A DNA stretch of 64,000 nucleotides from an uncultured Nitrososphaeraceae archaeon (GTDB taxonomy: Archaea; Thermoproteota; Nitrososphaeria; Nitrososphaerales; Nitrososphaeraceae): contig CAVXZB010000019.1 in the NCBI GenBank assembly GCA_963765895.1, positions 224,001-288,000 on the forward strand, read 5' to 3'. Below the pieces are notes generated by a model. It did no database searches. It was not told the DNA's origin and saw only the letters and a list, made by a program, of their open reading frames with translations. Below are positions 20,556 to 30,264 of this stretch, piece by piece. Numbering within the stretch: the stretch's first letter is position 1; each line of letters begins with the position of its first letter. The position numbers were made by a program, and so were the translations under genes.

Positions 20556-21544
20556 ATGCCTATTCAAGACAAAGTGATTAAAAATAAACTTCAGATATGT
20601 ACAGAGCTGAAAGCGCTCTTGATGGAAAGCATAGCTCGTAATTATTCAGATAATTTGTTACTTTCTGGAGGACTCGATAGCAGTATTATCTCGTCCATAT
20701 CGCATCCGAAGAAGACGATCACAGTTGCCTCATCGATTAGAGCACCGGACCTGCGTTATGCAAGACTAATAGCTCACAAATTTAGTAAAAAGCATAACGA
20801 ATTAATACTTCCCTTAAAAGAATTATTTCGAGTTATAGAAAATGTTATTTATATCCTCAAAACTTTTGACCCTATTGAGATAAGGAATTCTAGTGTGGCG
20901 TTTGCAGCAATCGATCTGGTAAGGAAAGAGGGAGATAGAAGCATAATGACCGGTGACGGAGCTGACGAACTATTTGCAGGCTATAACTATTTGTTAAGGT
21001 ACTTTGACGACCATACTAGGCTAGATGACGAACTTGCTAGACTCTGGAATTTGATGAAGCTTCTCATCAGTTAAAATAGGAAGGAAGTTGGGAATAATGG
21101 TCTTCGCTCCTTTTCTAGATAAACAGTTCATGCGATTTGCTAAATCAGTTGATGTTGAGACAAAGGTAGGAGTACGAAATGGCAAGAAATGGGGAAAATT
21201 TATTTTGAGAGAATGTTTCGAGTCTGACCTTGGGGCGCTTGTAGTCTGGAGAAGAAAATATGCCCAAGAGGAAGGATCAGGATTTACGTCAGTAAGAAAT
21301 ATCTTATTACAAGGATACAAGTACGACACGTTAGCTGAACAGAGAGAGCGGACGCAATCCAGGGGTCAGAATTAGGGACATGGAACATCTATACTATTTT
21401 CATATCTACCGAAAGTATTTTCCACTACCAATTGAAGAGGCTTGTGTCGGCGAAAGATGTCCTGATTGCTGTGGTTGTCTTACCGAAAATTCGAATTATT
21501 GTCATACATGTGGATGTTATCCTACGAAGATCCCATTGAAATGA
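20556..21544 (+). CDS. Asparagine-synthase C-terminal (PP-loop) domain protein with C-terminal Zn ribbon (two apparent frameshifts, near 21057 and 21360)
   Basis: LSGGLDSS, TGDGADELFAGY, APFLD, GKFILRECF, WRRKYAQEEGSG; last frame reads IRDMEHLYY...CPDC...CHTCGCYP*. Confidence 0.8.
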
Positions 21545-21920
21545 CATTCTGAACCTCTATCATCATTATACTAAGATTGCCAGTCTTAGATTTATTGCGA
21601 CTACGAAAAAATAAATTGTTGAAAGCAATCAATTAAGTTCTGTTCGATGGAACTAAAGTGGTTCCATCTGATAAAATCTACAATCAGAGCGCAGCCATAA
21701 CTGATATATTTAAAATTCATCCTTGTTCGGAGTCGAGCACATACTTTGATTTCCATCATAGTCTAGGGTAAAGATTTAAGTAGAATTTATCAGAATTAGG
21801 AAATATCAACTTTTATGAAAGCGACAGCAGAAAATATGGCTTTCATTGCTCCACAATAATTGGATGTCCAATGATTAGACACGATAGCGTAGACAAGACT
21901 CTGATTGCCCTTGTGTGGGC

Positions 21921-22121
21921 TTAGTTCTTGTTTTTCTTTGATTTGCCTTCTGTTAAAGATATGTGTTTTATTGTCTTCTTAATTCTCGATATTGTAGGAT
22001 AGCTGTAGCCCATACGTCGATAATTACGGATCATAGTTTTCCAATTTGAAAGCCTCCAGGCAGCCTGCTCTGATGTTAATAGCATAGTTTCTCTTTTCAC
22101 CTTGCTTTTTCTTCCAGGCAT
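21921..22121 (-). CDS. Small basic hypothetical protein
   Basis: 66 aa from ATG 22121: MPGRKSKVKRETMLLTSEQAAWRLSNWKTMIRNYRRMGYSYPTISRIKK; Lys/Arg-rich. Confidence 0.65.
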   Translation of the reverse strand: MPGRKSKVKRETMLLTSEQAAWRLSNWKTMIRNYRRMGYSYPTISRIKKTIKHISLTEGKSKKNKN

Positions 22122-22423
22122 CAGATATCCACCAGACTGGGCTTTGACTCGATGATATGAAAACTTTAGTCCAAATATTATCATATCAGTTGTAAGCGAG
22201 CTAAAATAGAACCCAAGTTCTTTCCCCTGTTGCTCCGTGGCTCTTATCTTGTAGATATATTGTTTCAACAATTTGATACGCGAGTTGCTATGTTTAATAT
22301 CTTTCTAAATCCGAGTTCTGAAAGATTTCCTCCGCCTCCTGGACCACGAAAAAATAAAGATTATGTAGACACAAGACCTCATGAGTAACAATTCCGGATT
22401 CAAAGGATTCTGATTCGAACCAA

Positions 22424-23638
22424 CTATATAATATTGAGTCTCTTACCGATAGTTTCAATTTTTTCTAAGGCGATTTTTAATTGTTTTAATTGCAATGAGG
22501 TTGTGATTGATGCCCTTAGCCTTGCTTTGCCCAGTGGGACGGTAGGGTAACGTACTGGCTGCATAAAAATACCGTCTGAAAGGAGAGCCTTTGAGAACTG
22601 CATGGTCAGTTTCTCATCGCCTATAATAAGTGGAATAATTTGGCTTCTGAATCTGGATCTACAACTCTTAGCATTGAAACCATTATGCTCTATCTTTGAA
22701 GAAAAAAAGGTAACATTCCTCTTTAGTTGTTCTTGCAAATTACCCTTGGTCGCTATTGGAATAGCTGCCAATGCAGAAGAACACAGATGGGAAGGTAGCC
22801 CAGAGGAGTACATAAATGACCGTGATCTATTTATTAATAATTCTATTATCTGCTCCGAGGCGGCAACGTAACCCCCAAAACATCCTAAGGCCTTACTTAA
22901 ACTGCTAATATATACATCAACTAAATGTCGTCTCTCTAACGCCACTCCGAATTCAGGGACTTGATCATAAATAAAATCGCCGTGTGAATCATCAACTATA
23001 GTTATAACGTTGTGACGAAGCGCAATATTATGAATCTCCTGTAGGTCAGAACGATCGCCATCCATACTAAAAATAGTTTCTGTCAAAATTATCTTTCTAT
23101 CTGACTTCCCCTTTCGAATAATCTGTTCAAGATGCTCCAGATCGTTATGTTTGAAAATTTCAATTCGAGCCCCGCTAAGCTTGCATCCATCTATTAAACT
23201 AGCATGATTATACTCGTCACTATAAATTGTTGTAAATTTATTTGCTAGGGTTGATATAACGCCAATATTTGCCATGTAACCACTTGGATAAATCAATGCT
23301 CTATCTGTCTTGCGATGGTCAGAAAGCTTCTCTTCAAGTTGCATTAACTCGTTACTATTTCCTGCTAGTAGTCTAGAACTACATTGTGATATTTGATTCA
23401 AATTTTCGATGGTCATCTTCAATACCGTTCTATTTTGAGATAACCCAAGATAGTCGTTAGAGCATAGGTTTATGCTCTCCACTCCGTTAACCAGAACAAT
23501 TGTTGTATTCTTATTGGTGGATACTAGATTGAGCCTTCGATACAAATTTGCTTTATTTAGACGACATAATTCGTCTTTCACAAAACTGAATTTGTCATGC
23601 TTAGGTCTTTTTCGCCTTAAACTATGCCTTAAGACCAA
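22424..23638 (-). CDS. bioF: 8-amino-7-oxononanoate synthase
   Basis: SNDYLGL, SRLLAG, NHASLIDG, FSMDGD, DDSH, SLSKALG (PLP Lys), PTVP. Confidence 0.94.
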   Translation of the reverse strand: MVLRHSLRRKRPKHDKFSFVKDELCRLNKANLYRRLNLVSTNKNTTIVLVNGVESINLCSNDYLGLSQNRTVLKMTIENLNQISQCSSRLLAGNSNELMQLEEKLSDHRKTDRALIYPSGYMANIGVISTLANKFTTIYSDEYNHASLIDGCKLSGARIEIFKHNDLEHLEQIIRKGKSDRKIILTETIFSMDGDRSDLQEIHNIALRHNVITIVDDSHGDFIYDQVPEFGVALERRHLVDVYISSLSKALGCFGGYVAASEQIIELLINRSRSFMYSSGLPSHLCSSALAAIPIATKGNLQEQLKRNVTFFSSKIEHNGFNAKSCRSRFRSQIIPLIIGDEKLTMQFSKALLSDGIFMQPVRYPTVPLGKARLRASITTSLQLKQLKIALEKIETIGKRLNII

Positions 23639-24608
23639 TCTCCCTAATCATTGCAATATCCTTTGCTGCACTGTTCCCATCTGTAGTCAAGTATCCTCCA
23701 GTTATTACGCCATTTGCACCGGCCTTTAGCGCGGTTTTCTCTTCATCTTTAAGGTTTACTTCTCTTCCACCGGCAATTTTTATAATCCCTCTTGGAATAA
23801 TGAATCGCCAGACAGCAATAGTTCTGATAGCGTCTATTGGATCCATTTTTGCTTGGCTTGCTAATGGCGTGCCAACTCTTCCCATTAGAATATTAAGCGG
23901 AATCTCATCGGGTTCAAGAGATTTGATGGAAAACGCAAGTTCTATCCTTTGTTTTGTGTTTTCACCCATGCCTATAATTCCGCCGCAGCATAATTCAAGA
24001 CCCTCTTCCTTTACTATTTTGGCGGTAAAGAACCTATCGCGAAATTCATGAGTTTTACAAATATTGGAAAAATAGCTCTCAGAGGTCTCAAGATTATGGT
24101 TGTATCTTTTCACCCCTACTTTTTTAAGTCTTCTTGCCTGTTCTCTGGAAATGGAGCCCAACGACGCGTTGACGTCTATTTCTAGACTTTTCTTAATTTC
24201 AATGATCGTTTCGCAGATTCTTTCGAAATCCTTATCTGGAGGTGATTTATAGGCACATACTAGACAAAAACTTTGGGAGCCCGATTCCTTAGCTTCTTTT
24301 GCTCTTTCTAAGATCAAATCCATAGGCAAGAGGGGATAAGTCCTTATCCCAGTTACTTTGTAATGTGAGGATTGCGCACAGAAATGACAATCCTCAGGAC
24401 AATTTCCAGATTTTGCATTTATCAAACTTTCTACATCTACTCGGTCTCCATTGAATGTTCGTGTAATAATGTTCGCACATTTGGTCAACGTATCTAGATC
24501 CCTTGTATATATCAGCCTCTCAGCCTCTTCGAAGCTCAAGTCTAATCCTGAAATTACCCTATTCATCGTATCGTAAATAAGCAAGGACTCTCTATCCATT
24601 TTCTTCAT
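23622..24608 (-). CDS. bioB: Biotin synthase (radical SAM)
   Basis: KSGNCPEDCHFCAQS, YNHNLET, GGIIGMGE, AGGRE, GYLTT. Confidence 0.96.
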   Translation of the reverse strand: MKKMDRESLLIYDTMNRVISGLDLSFEEAERLIYTRDLDTLTKCANIITRTFNGDRVDVESLINAKSGNCPEDCHFCAQSSHYKVTGIRTYPLLPMDLILERAKEAKESGSQSFCLVCAYKSPPDKDFERICETIIEIKKSLEIDVNASLGSISREQARRLKKVGVKRYNHNLETSESYFSNICKTHEFRDRFFTAKIVKEEGLELCCGGIIGMGENTKQRIELAFSIKSLEPDEIPLNILMGRVGTPLASQAKMDPIDAIRTIAVWRFIIPRGIIKIAGGREVNLKDEEKTALKAGANGVITGGYLTTDGNSAAKDIAMIREIGLKA

Positions 24609-24859
24609 GCAGGGAAACCGTACGATATATACTTATCTACTATACAAAATAGAGTCTAGTAAATGTAAAGCGAAAGAATTGGTTAGAAGCAAGACCGGTA
24701 GATTATTTCAAGATCGGGATTATTTTGCAATTATTATTTCTTGCCAATTTTTCCCGCGTTAGATATGTATCAATATTTCAAAATCCAAATGTCAAAGGCT
24801 GGCTTTATACATCTGAAATTAACGATCTAGGGCTAGATAAAACATGAACGTTGGAGAAA

Positions 24860-25001
24860 GTATAAAACGAAATCCGGTAAGTTGATCGATCTGGTCGTTA
24901 GACTAAATATGGACCCATTGATATACCGACCAAATAATAGGACCATTTTTATACCCAATACAGCTGGGTATAATTTTATCAAAATGACCCCTTTTTAGAC
25001 T
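24860..25001. repeat. Cluster of imperfect direct and inverted repeats, res-site-like, upstream of the resolvase
   Basis: GACCCATTGATATAC, GACCATTTTTATAC and GACCCCTTTTTAGAC direct repeats; 9-bp inverted repeat TTATACCCA(24949-57)/TGGGTATAA(24965-73); inverted GTATAAAA at 24860. Confidence 0.55.
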
Positions 25002-25058
25002 ATAAATCATATTCAGTTGACACCCGCCTTATTATCTATCAAGAATAAACCTGCTACA

Positions 25059-25659
25059 ATGAAGTTTGCGGTAGCATACGTTAGGGTCAGTACAGGGGAG
25101 CAAACCGGTACTCAACCAACGATTAGCCATTGATAGATGGGCGTTAGAGCATGGTTATCATGTTATCTATTACTTTGAGGATTCAGCAATCAGCGGAAAA
25201 ATACCTGCGATCCTGAGGCAGGCATTTAAAGACATGTTAGAATTATTGAAACAAGACAGAGTTGACGCCGTATTGGTTTATGAACTATCAAGAGTTGGTA
25301 GGACATTCTGGGACACCCTTGACGCAATTAAAGCCATTGAACTATATGCTCCACTGATTTCTTGTTCTCCGAGAGAAACCTTTCTTCAGAGTACTGAGGC
25401 AAGTATTAGAAAGTTAATGCTAGGAATATTGACCTGGGTTGCAGAAAGAGAAAGAGAGATGTTGGTCCAAAGGACAAAGGATGGAATGACCAGGGCCAAG
25501 AATTCTGGAAAACTGATAGGAAGGCCCTCTAAGAAGCTTGACAAAGACAATCTAATAAGGCTATTGGCAAAACAAGTCCCCCGCACCGAAATAGCGAGGA
25601 ATCTGGGTGTTTGCAAGGCCACTTTATACAAGGAACTTAGAAAACACGAGATTAAATAG
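25059..25659 (+). CDS. Small serine recombinase (resolvase/invertase family) with C-terminal HTH (apparent frameshift near 25107)
   Basis: MKFAVAYVRVSTGEQT with catalytic Ser; then VLNQRLAI...EDSAISG, ELSRVGR, AEREREMLVQRTKDGM, GRP, HTH IARNLGVCKATLY; span is 600+1 nt. Confidence 0.9.
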
Positions 25660-25660
25660 G

Positions 25661-26995
25661 CTACGTAGACTTTTCGATTTTATTTACAAGGCTATATATT
25701 GTATCAAGCAGAAATTTTAGGTCTCGTCTTCCTATCGCTAATGGAGGGATTATTACTACTGTATTTCCCAAACTTCTTAGGAATACTCCCATATTAAGCG
25801 ATTCCCTGGCGATGTAAGAACTGATCGTAACTCCATTTCCTAATTTCAAAATGGGCTTTTTTGTTTTGCCGAGGTCTATGCCACCGAGTAAACCTTTTGA
25901 TCTTATATTCTCTGCAATTGGAAAATGCTTGATCTCGCGTAATCTTCGACTTATGTATACGCTGTTTTGTCTTATTTTCCGCAATAATTTATATTTTTTA
26001 TACATTCGGATATTAGCTATTGCTGCAGCGCAGCCTATAGGATGACCAGTAAAAGTATGCCCATGGTAAAGTTGTTTAGATTCTGTGTGTTTTCCCAAAA
26101 ACGAACTAAAAACTGAGTCATTGGTTAGGGTAACAGCCAACGGAGAATATCCACCAGTGAGGGCCTTCCCTAGGCACACGATATCCGGATAAGATTTTTG
26201 TTCCACATATTCTAGCATATTGCCTAATCTTCCGAACCCTGTGGCGATCTCATCAAGTATAAGCAAGACATCATATTTTCTACACAATTCTTCTATCTTT
26301 TTTTGATAATATCTTGGGTAGATCGACACGCCACCTGCTATCTGAGCACCGCTTTCCATGACGAGAGCGCAGCAAGCAGAGCTATTATTCGCTAAAATGG
26401 CTTCGGTTTTTTCAAGACAGAGATTCTCGTAATCTTGGCAATCGCTATAAGCCGATCTGCAAACCGGCGAAGGGATTTTGATTGCTCTCCGGAGCAGAGG
26501 TAAGTATGGCGCAAAATACTTTGGAAGATAACCCAAGCTCATTGCTCCTATTGTATCACCATGATATCCATTTTCCATAGAAATGAATTTAGTTTTACCT
26601 TCTTTTCCTCTGTTTTTCCAGTATTGCACAGCCATCTTCATAGCGACTTCTATTGCTGTTGATCCATTGTCTGAATAGAAAACATGACTCATTCCTTTCG
26701 CTAGACGGATAAGCATTTCCGCCAGCTCAGATGAGGGAGCGCTAGCCAAACCGAATAGTGTAGAATGTTGAATTGTTTGAATCTGTCTGATCATGGCCCT
26801 CGTTATCTCATTATTCCCATGTCCCCAGACATTACACCACATACTAGCAATCCCGTCCAGAAATCTCCTGCCGTGTTCATCAATTAGGTAGAAGCCATCG
26901 CCACGTACAATTACCGGCCTAATTGAATTGCCCCATTCTTGCATTTGCGTGAATGGATGCCAAACATACTTCCTATCAGCAAACGATAAGTTCAA
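25661..26995 (-). CDS. bioA: Adenosylmethionine--8-amino-7-oxononanoate aminotransferase
   Basis: VWHPFTQM, DGIASMWCNVWGH, SDNGSTAIEVAMKMA, YHGDT, DEIATGFGR, GKALTGG, HGHTFTG. Confidence 0.96.
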   Translation of the reverse strand: MNLSFADRKYVWHPFTQMQEWGNSIRPVIVRGDGFYLIDEHGRRFLDGIASMWCNVWGHGNNEITRAMIRQIQTIQHSTLFGLASAPSSELAEMLIRLAKGMSHVFYSDNGSTAIEVAMKMAVQYWKNRGKEGKTKFISMENGYHGDTIGAMSLGYLPKYFAPYLPLLRRAIKIPSPVCRSAYSDCQDYENLCLEKTEAILANNSSACCALVMESGAQIAGGVSIYPRYYQKKIEELCRKYDVLLILDEIATGFGRLGNMLEYVEQKSYPDIVCLGKALTGGYSPLAVTLTNDSVFSSFLGKHTESKQLYHGHTFTGHPIGCAAAIANIRMYKKYKLLRKIRQNSVYISRRLREIKHFPIAENIRSKGLLGGIDLGKTKKPILKLGNGVTISSYIARESLNMGVFLRSLGNTVVIIPPLAIGRRDLKFLLDTIYSLVNKIEKST

Positions 26996-27035
26996 CTAAG
27001 ATAAAAAGAACCCTTCATCTATTATTACTATTCTA

Positions 27036-27738
27036 ATGCGTGGATTATTTGTGACTGGAACAGATACAGGAATAGGAAAAACCACAATTTCTACGGGTTT
27101 AATCTGGTCCTTGCGCAATCAAAATATTGATGTTGGAGTAATGAAGCCGTTTGCTGCTGCTGAAAAGACTTTCTCTCGCAGTTACAAATCTGAAGATACT
27201 TACAGATTAGCAATGGCTGCTGGATCAGAATCTACTGATAAACAAATCAATCCATTTTTTTATAAGGTACCAGCATCACCTCTTGTTGCTTCTAGAATAA
27301 CGCATCAAAAAATACCGGCCTTGAAAAATGTCGTAAGGCTCGTGTTAGATGAATCCAAAAAATACAAATATATGATTATTGAAGGCATCGGCGGAATTAT
27401 GGTTCCGATATCTAGGACCTATACCATTGCAGACTTTGCAAGGTATCTTGGTTTTCCTATAGTCGTTGTAGCCAGTGCTAGGCTGGGTAGTTTAAATCAC
27501 ATATTGCTTACATTAGAGGCTTGTTCTAATCTTCATTTGGATGTGGTTGCGATAGTTATCAATCGAATGCCAAAAAGGCCGAGCAAGTCTCAAAGGCTAG
27601 TTGCAAGTACCCGTACGTCAGCTTACCGGTGTAAGAACAATTTTTTCCATCCCGGAATTTCGGAAGCAGCCAGAGCCGGTTTCGATAGGATCTATACTCG
27701 ATGACAAGTGGCAAATTTCGGACTCGCTTCGGCTCTGA
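27036..27738 (+). CDS. bioD: Dethiobiotin synthase (probable frameshift near 27611 affecting the C-terminus)
   Basis: FVTGTDTGIGKT, MKP, IEGIGG, LGSLNH; removing one C gives a more plausible tail VRQLTGVRTIFSIPE...* ending at 27738. Confidence 0.9.
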
Positions 27739-27993
27739 ATTCCTTCTTCAGCTGTACCAACTTCAGACTTTTAGTGGAACGACTTCTGAAAACTAATTCA
27801 AGACGATTCAAAGACTCCACTTTCATACTTTTTGGATACCATCCAATTGAATTTGTGAATTGGTCCTCCGTCATCATAAACAATTAATGTTTAGTGTTTA
27901 CTACTAGACCTTGTTATAGCCTATCAACAATATTAAAAGTAATTAATACTCATTATAATAGATTTATAAAATCTTGTTGTATACTGCTTAATT

Positions 27994-28425
27994 ATGCTCA
28001 CGGTAAAGATCGGTACTAGTTTATTGCTAGTCTCGCTGGCGCTGTTGATAATTTATGGGGCTGACGTGATTGTGGCCATGTCTAAGAACGGACAAGATGG
28101 GCCTAAGAGTCCAAGAGGTTTCCTACCTTTAAATGATGCAGCAAGGGGAATTGCTTTTGGAGGTACAGCGGTTGTAATGTCTATTGTTGCATTTATAATA
28201 ACCAGAAAGACGCCTTCTCGCAACGTTGTAATATTGTTAATCATAAACGGTGGAGTAATTTTAGCTGGAATGTTTTCCATTATGGCTCAGGCTGCTCCAA
28301 CTCCAAATTCCGCCAAAACTATAGGATCGACAATCCTAATGGGCATACTTCTAATAGCCTTGGGTCTAGTAAAGTCACATTATGACAAAAGACATGTGGC
28401 GCAGAAGAGGGAGTATCTTCGGTAA
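27994..28425 (+). CDS. Hypothetical four-TM membrane protein
   Basis: 143 aa with four hydrophobic segments; TTTATAAA box about 25 nt upstream. Confidence 0.75.
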   Translation: MLTVKIGTSLLLVSLALLIIYGADVIVAMSKNGQDGPKSPRGFLPLNDAARGIAFGGTAVVMSIVAFIITRKTPSRNVVILLIINGGVILAGMFSIMAQAAPTPNSAKTIGSTILMGILLIALGLVKSHYDKRHVAQKREYLR

Positions 28426-28577
28426 CGACTGTTACCATATCTATATTAGTAAACAGTTTCATGCTAAGCCCGAAGCTGTTCAATAATCGAAGTTGCTCTA
28501 TAGACCGGAGCAATTTCAGAGGATTAGTCTAGTATAATTCCTTATATGTTATACTGCAATCAACCCTTTGTATCTTA

Positions 28578-29273
28578 ATGAAGGCAGTAATATTGGCCGG
28601 GGGCCTAGGCAAGAGACTACGACCTCTGACTGATGATAAGCCAAAACCTATGATTGAAGTTTTGAATGTTCCTATTATTGAATGGCAGATCAGATGGTTT
28701 AGGAAATATTCTATCAACGAAATCGTAATTTGTGTTGGTTATCTTAAAGAGCATATAATAGACTATATCGGAAGTGGCACGAAATTTGGCGTAAAGGTAG
28801 GCTATGCGGTAGAAGAAGAACCACTTGGAACTGGTGGAGCCTTAAAAAACGCCGAGAGCCTATTAGGAGACGGTTTACGGGAGGGTTTCTTCATGGTGAA
28901 CGGTGACATACTGACCGATCTAAATCCAGTAGATTTAAGGACTAAAGACTTACCATCATTGGCACTGGTTCCACTCAGGAGTCCATATGGAATGGTAGAA
29001 GTTGACACCGACTCATACGTTATGGGCTTTGTTGAGAAACCTCAGATACACGATAGATGGATAAATGCTGGTGTTTATTATTTAACCAAGGATGTTTTCG
29101 ATTACTTACCTGATTCTGGGAATATTGAAACTACTGCGCTTCCTCTTATGGCAAAGGAAAGAAAACTTAAGGCACGAAATTTTAGAACGTCCTTCTGGAG
29201 ATCAATTGATTCACACAAGGATATTGAAGAAGCATCTAAGGAAATAAGGCTAGCCTTTAATGAAAAATTTTAA
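28578..29273 (+). CDS. Sugar-phosphate nucleotidyltransferase family protein
   Basis: MKAVILAGGLGKRLRPLT, PKPM, EPLGTGGAL, NGD, FVEKP, INAGVY. Confidence 0.92.
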   Translation: MKAVILAGGLGKRLRPLTDDKPKPMIEVLNVPIIEWQIRWFRKYSINEIVICVGYLKEHIIDYIGSGTKFGVKVGYAVEEEPLGTGGALKNAESLLGDGLREGFFMVNGDILTDLNPVDLRTKDLPSLALVPLRSPYGMVEVDTDSYVMGFVEKPQIHDRWINAGVYYLTKDVFDYLPDSGNIETTALPLMAKERKLKARNFRTSFWRSIDSHKDIEEASKEIRLAFNEKF

Positions 29274-30264
29274 AATTGGCTACAGTCTAGGACCATTGCT
29301 CTCGATGGATGAGGTCCTAGCAATTGCTAAACATGCTGACGAGGCTGGCGGGGTAGACTCAATCTGGATTCCGGAATCTTGGGGCCGAGAGACCTTTTCA
29401 ACTCTAGGCGCTGTGTCACAGGTGACTCGAAAATTAAAACTTGGGAGCTCAATTGTGAATGTATACTCCAGAAGTCCAGCAACTATTGCTATGGGTGCGG
29501 TAACCCTCGACAAGCTTTCAAACCGGAGGACAATCTTAGGGATTGGGACAAGCACACCAGAATTAGTGACGGGTTGGCATGGTATGGAGTTTAGAAAACC
29601 ACTTGAGAGGATGAAGGAATGTATAGAATGTCTTCGGATTATCTTAAGCGGAGCGAGGGCGAAATATAATGGAAGAAATTTTAAGATAACTAACTTCAAA
29701 ATTTTAGAGCCTCTAGCCAGAAAGACCATACCTATCTATATAGGTGCAGTCAACCAAAAGATGATTGAGCTTGCAGATGCTCTTGCTGACGGAATTATTT
29801 TCTATTTAAGGCCATTTGATGAATTAAAAAAGATTGTGGACATACTCAACTCTAGGACGAGAAACAGTCAAAGAAATCCAGAGTTCGAAATCGCTTGTTC
29901 AATTATATGCGCAATATCAAAGAAAAGTCCAGAAAAAGCGAGAGAAAGGGCTTCAAAGACGCTAGCATATTATATATCAACTGGAAGATACTATAGTAAA
30001 TTCTTGACCGATAGTGGCTTTGAGGCGGAGGTGATATCAATTAACGAACGATACAAGAGTGGTGGATTGGAGTCTGCAGCAAAGGCAATCACCGATAAGT
30101 TATTGGATTCCCTGACTATATGCGGAAGTATTGATCAGTGTTCTGAAACATTTGAACGATTCCTGTCAACAGGAATTTCTCTACCGATCATCCAGATTAA
30201 TCCGGTTGATGATTCAGTACTTTCGTTTAAGGAGATGCTTTCTGCATTTCAATGCATAAGGTAA
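29260..30264 (+). CDS. LLM-class flavin/F420-dependent oxidoreductase
   Basis: DSIWIPESWGRE, LGSSIVNVYSRSPA, LGIGT, IYIGA, ADG. Confidence 0.9.
   Translation: MKNFKIGYSLGPLLSMDEVLAIAKHADEAGGVDSIWIPESWGRETFSTLGAVSQVTRKLKLGSSIVNVYSRSPATIAMGAVTLDKLSNRRTILGIGTSTPELVTGWHGMEFRKPLERMKECIECLRIILSGARAKYNGRNFKITNFKILEPLARKTIPIYIGAVNQKMIELADALADGIIFYLRPFDELKKIVDILNSRTRNSQRNPEFEIACSIICAISKKSPEKARERASKTLAYYISTGRYYSKFLTDSGFEAEVISINERYKSGGLESAAKAITDKLLDSLTICGSIDQCSETFERFLSTGISLPIIQINPVDDSVLSFKEMLSAFQCIR

Noticed and set aside
25059-25659. IS607 or Tn3 element
   Set aside because: The HTH is C-terminal (IS607 TnpA has it N-terminal); no TnpB, transposase or terminal inverted repeats seen.
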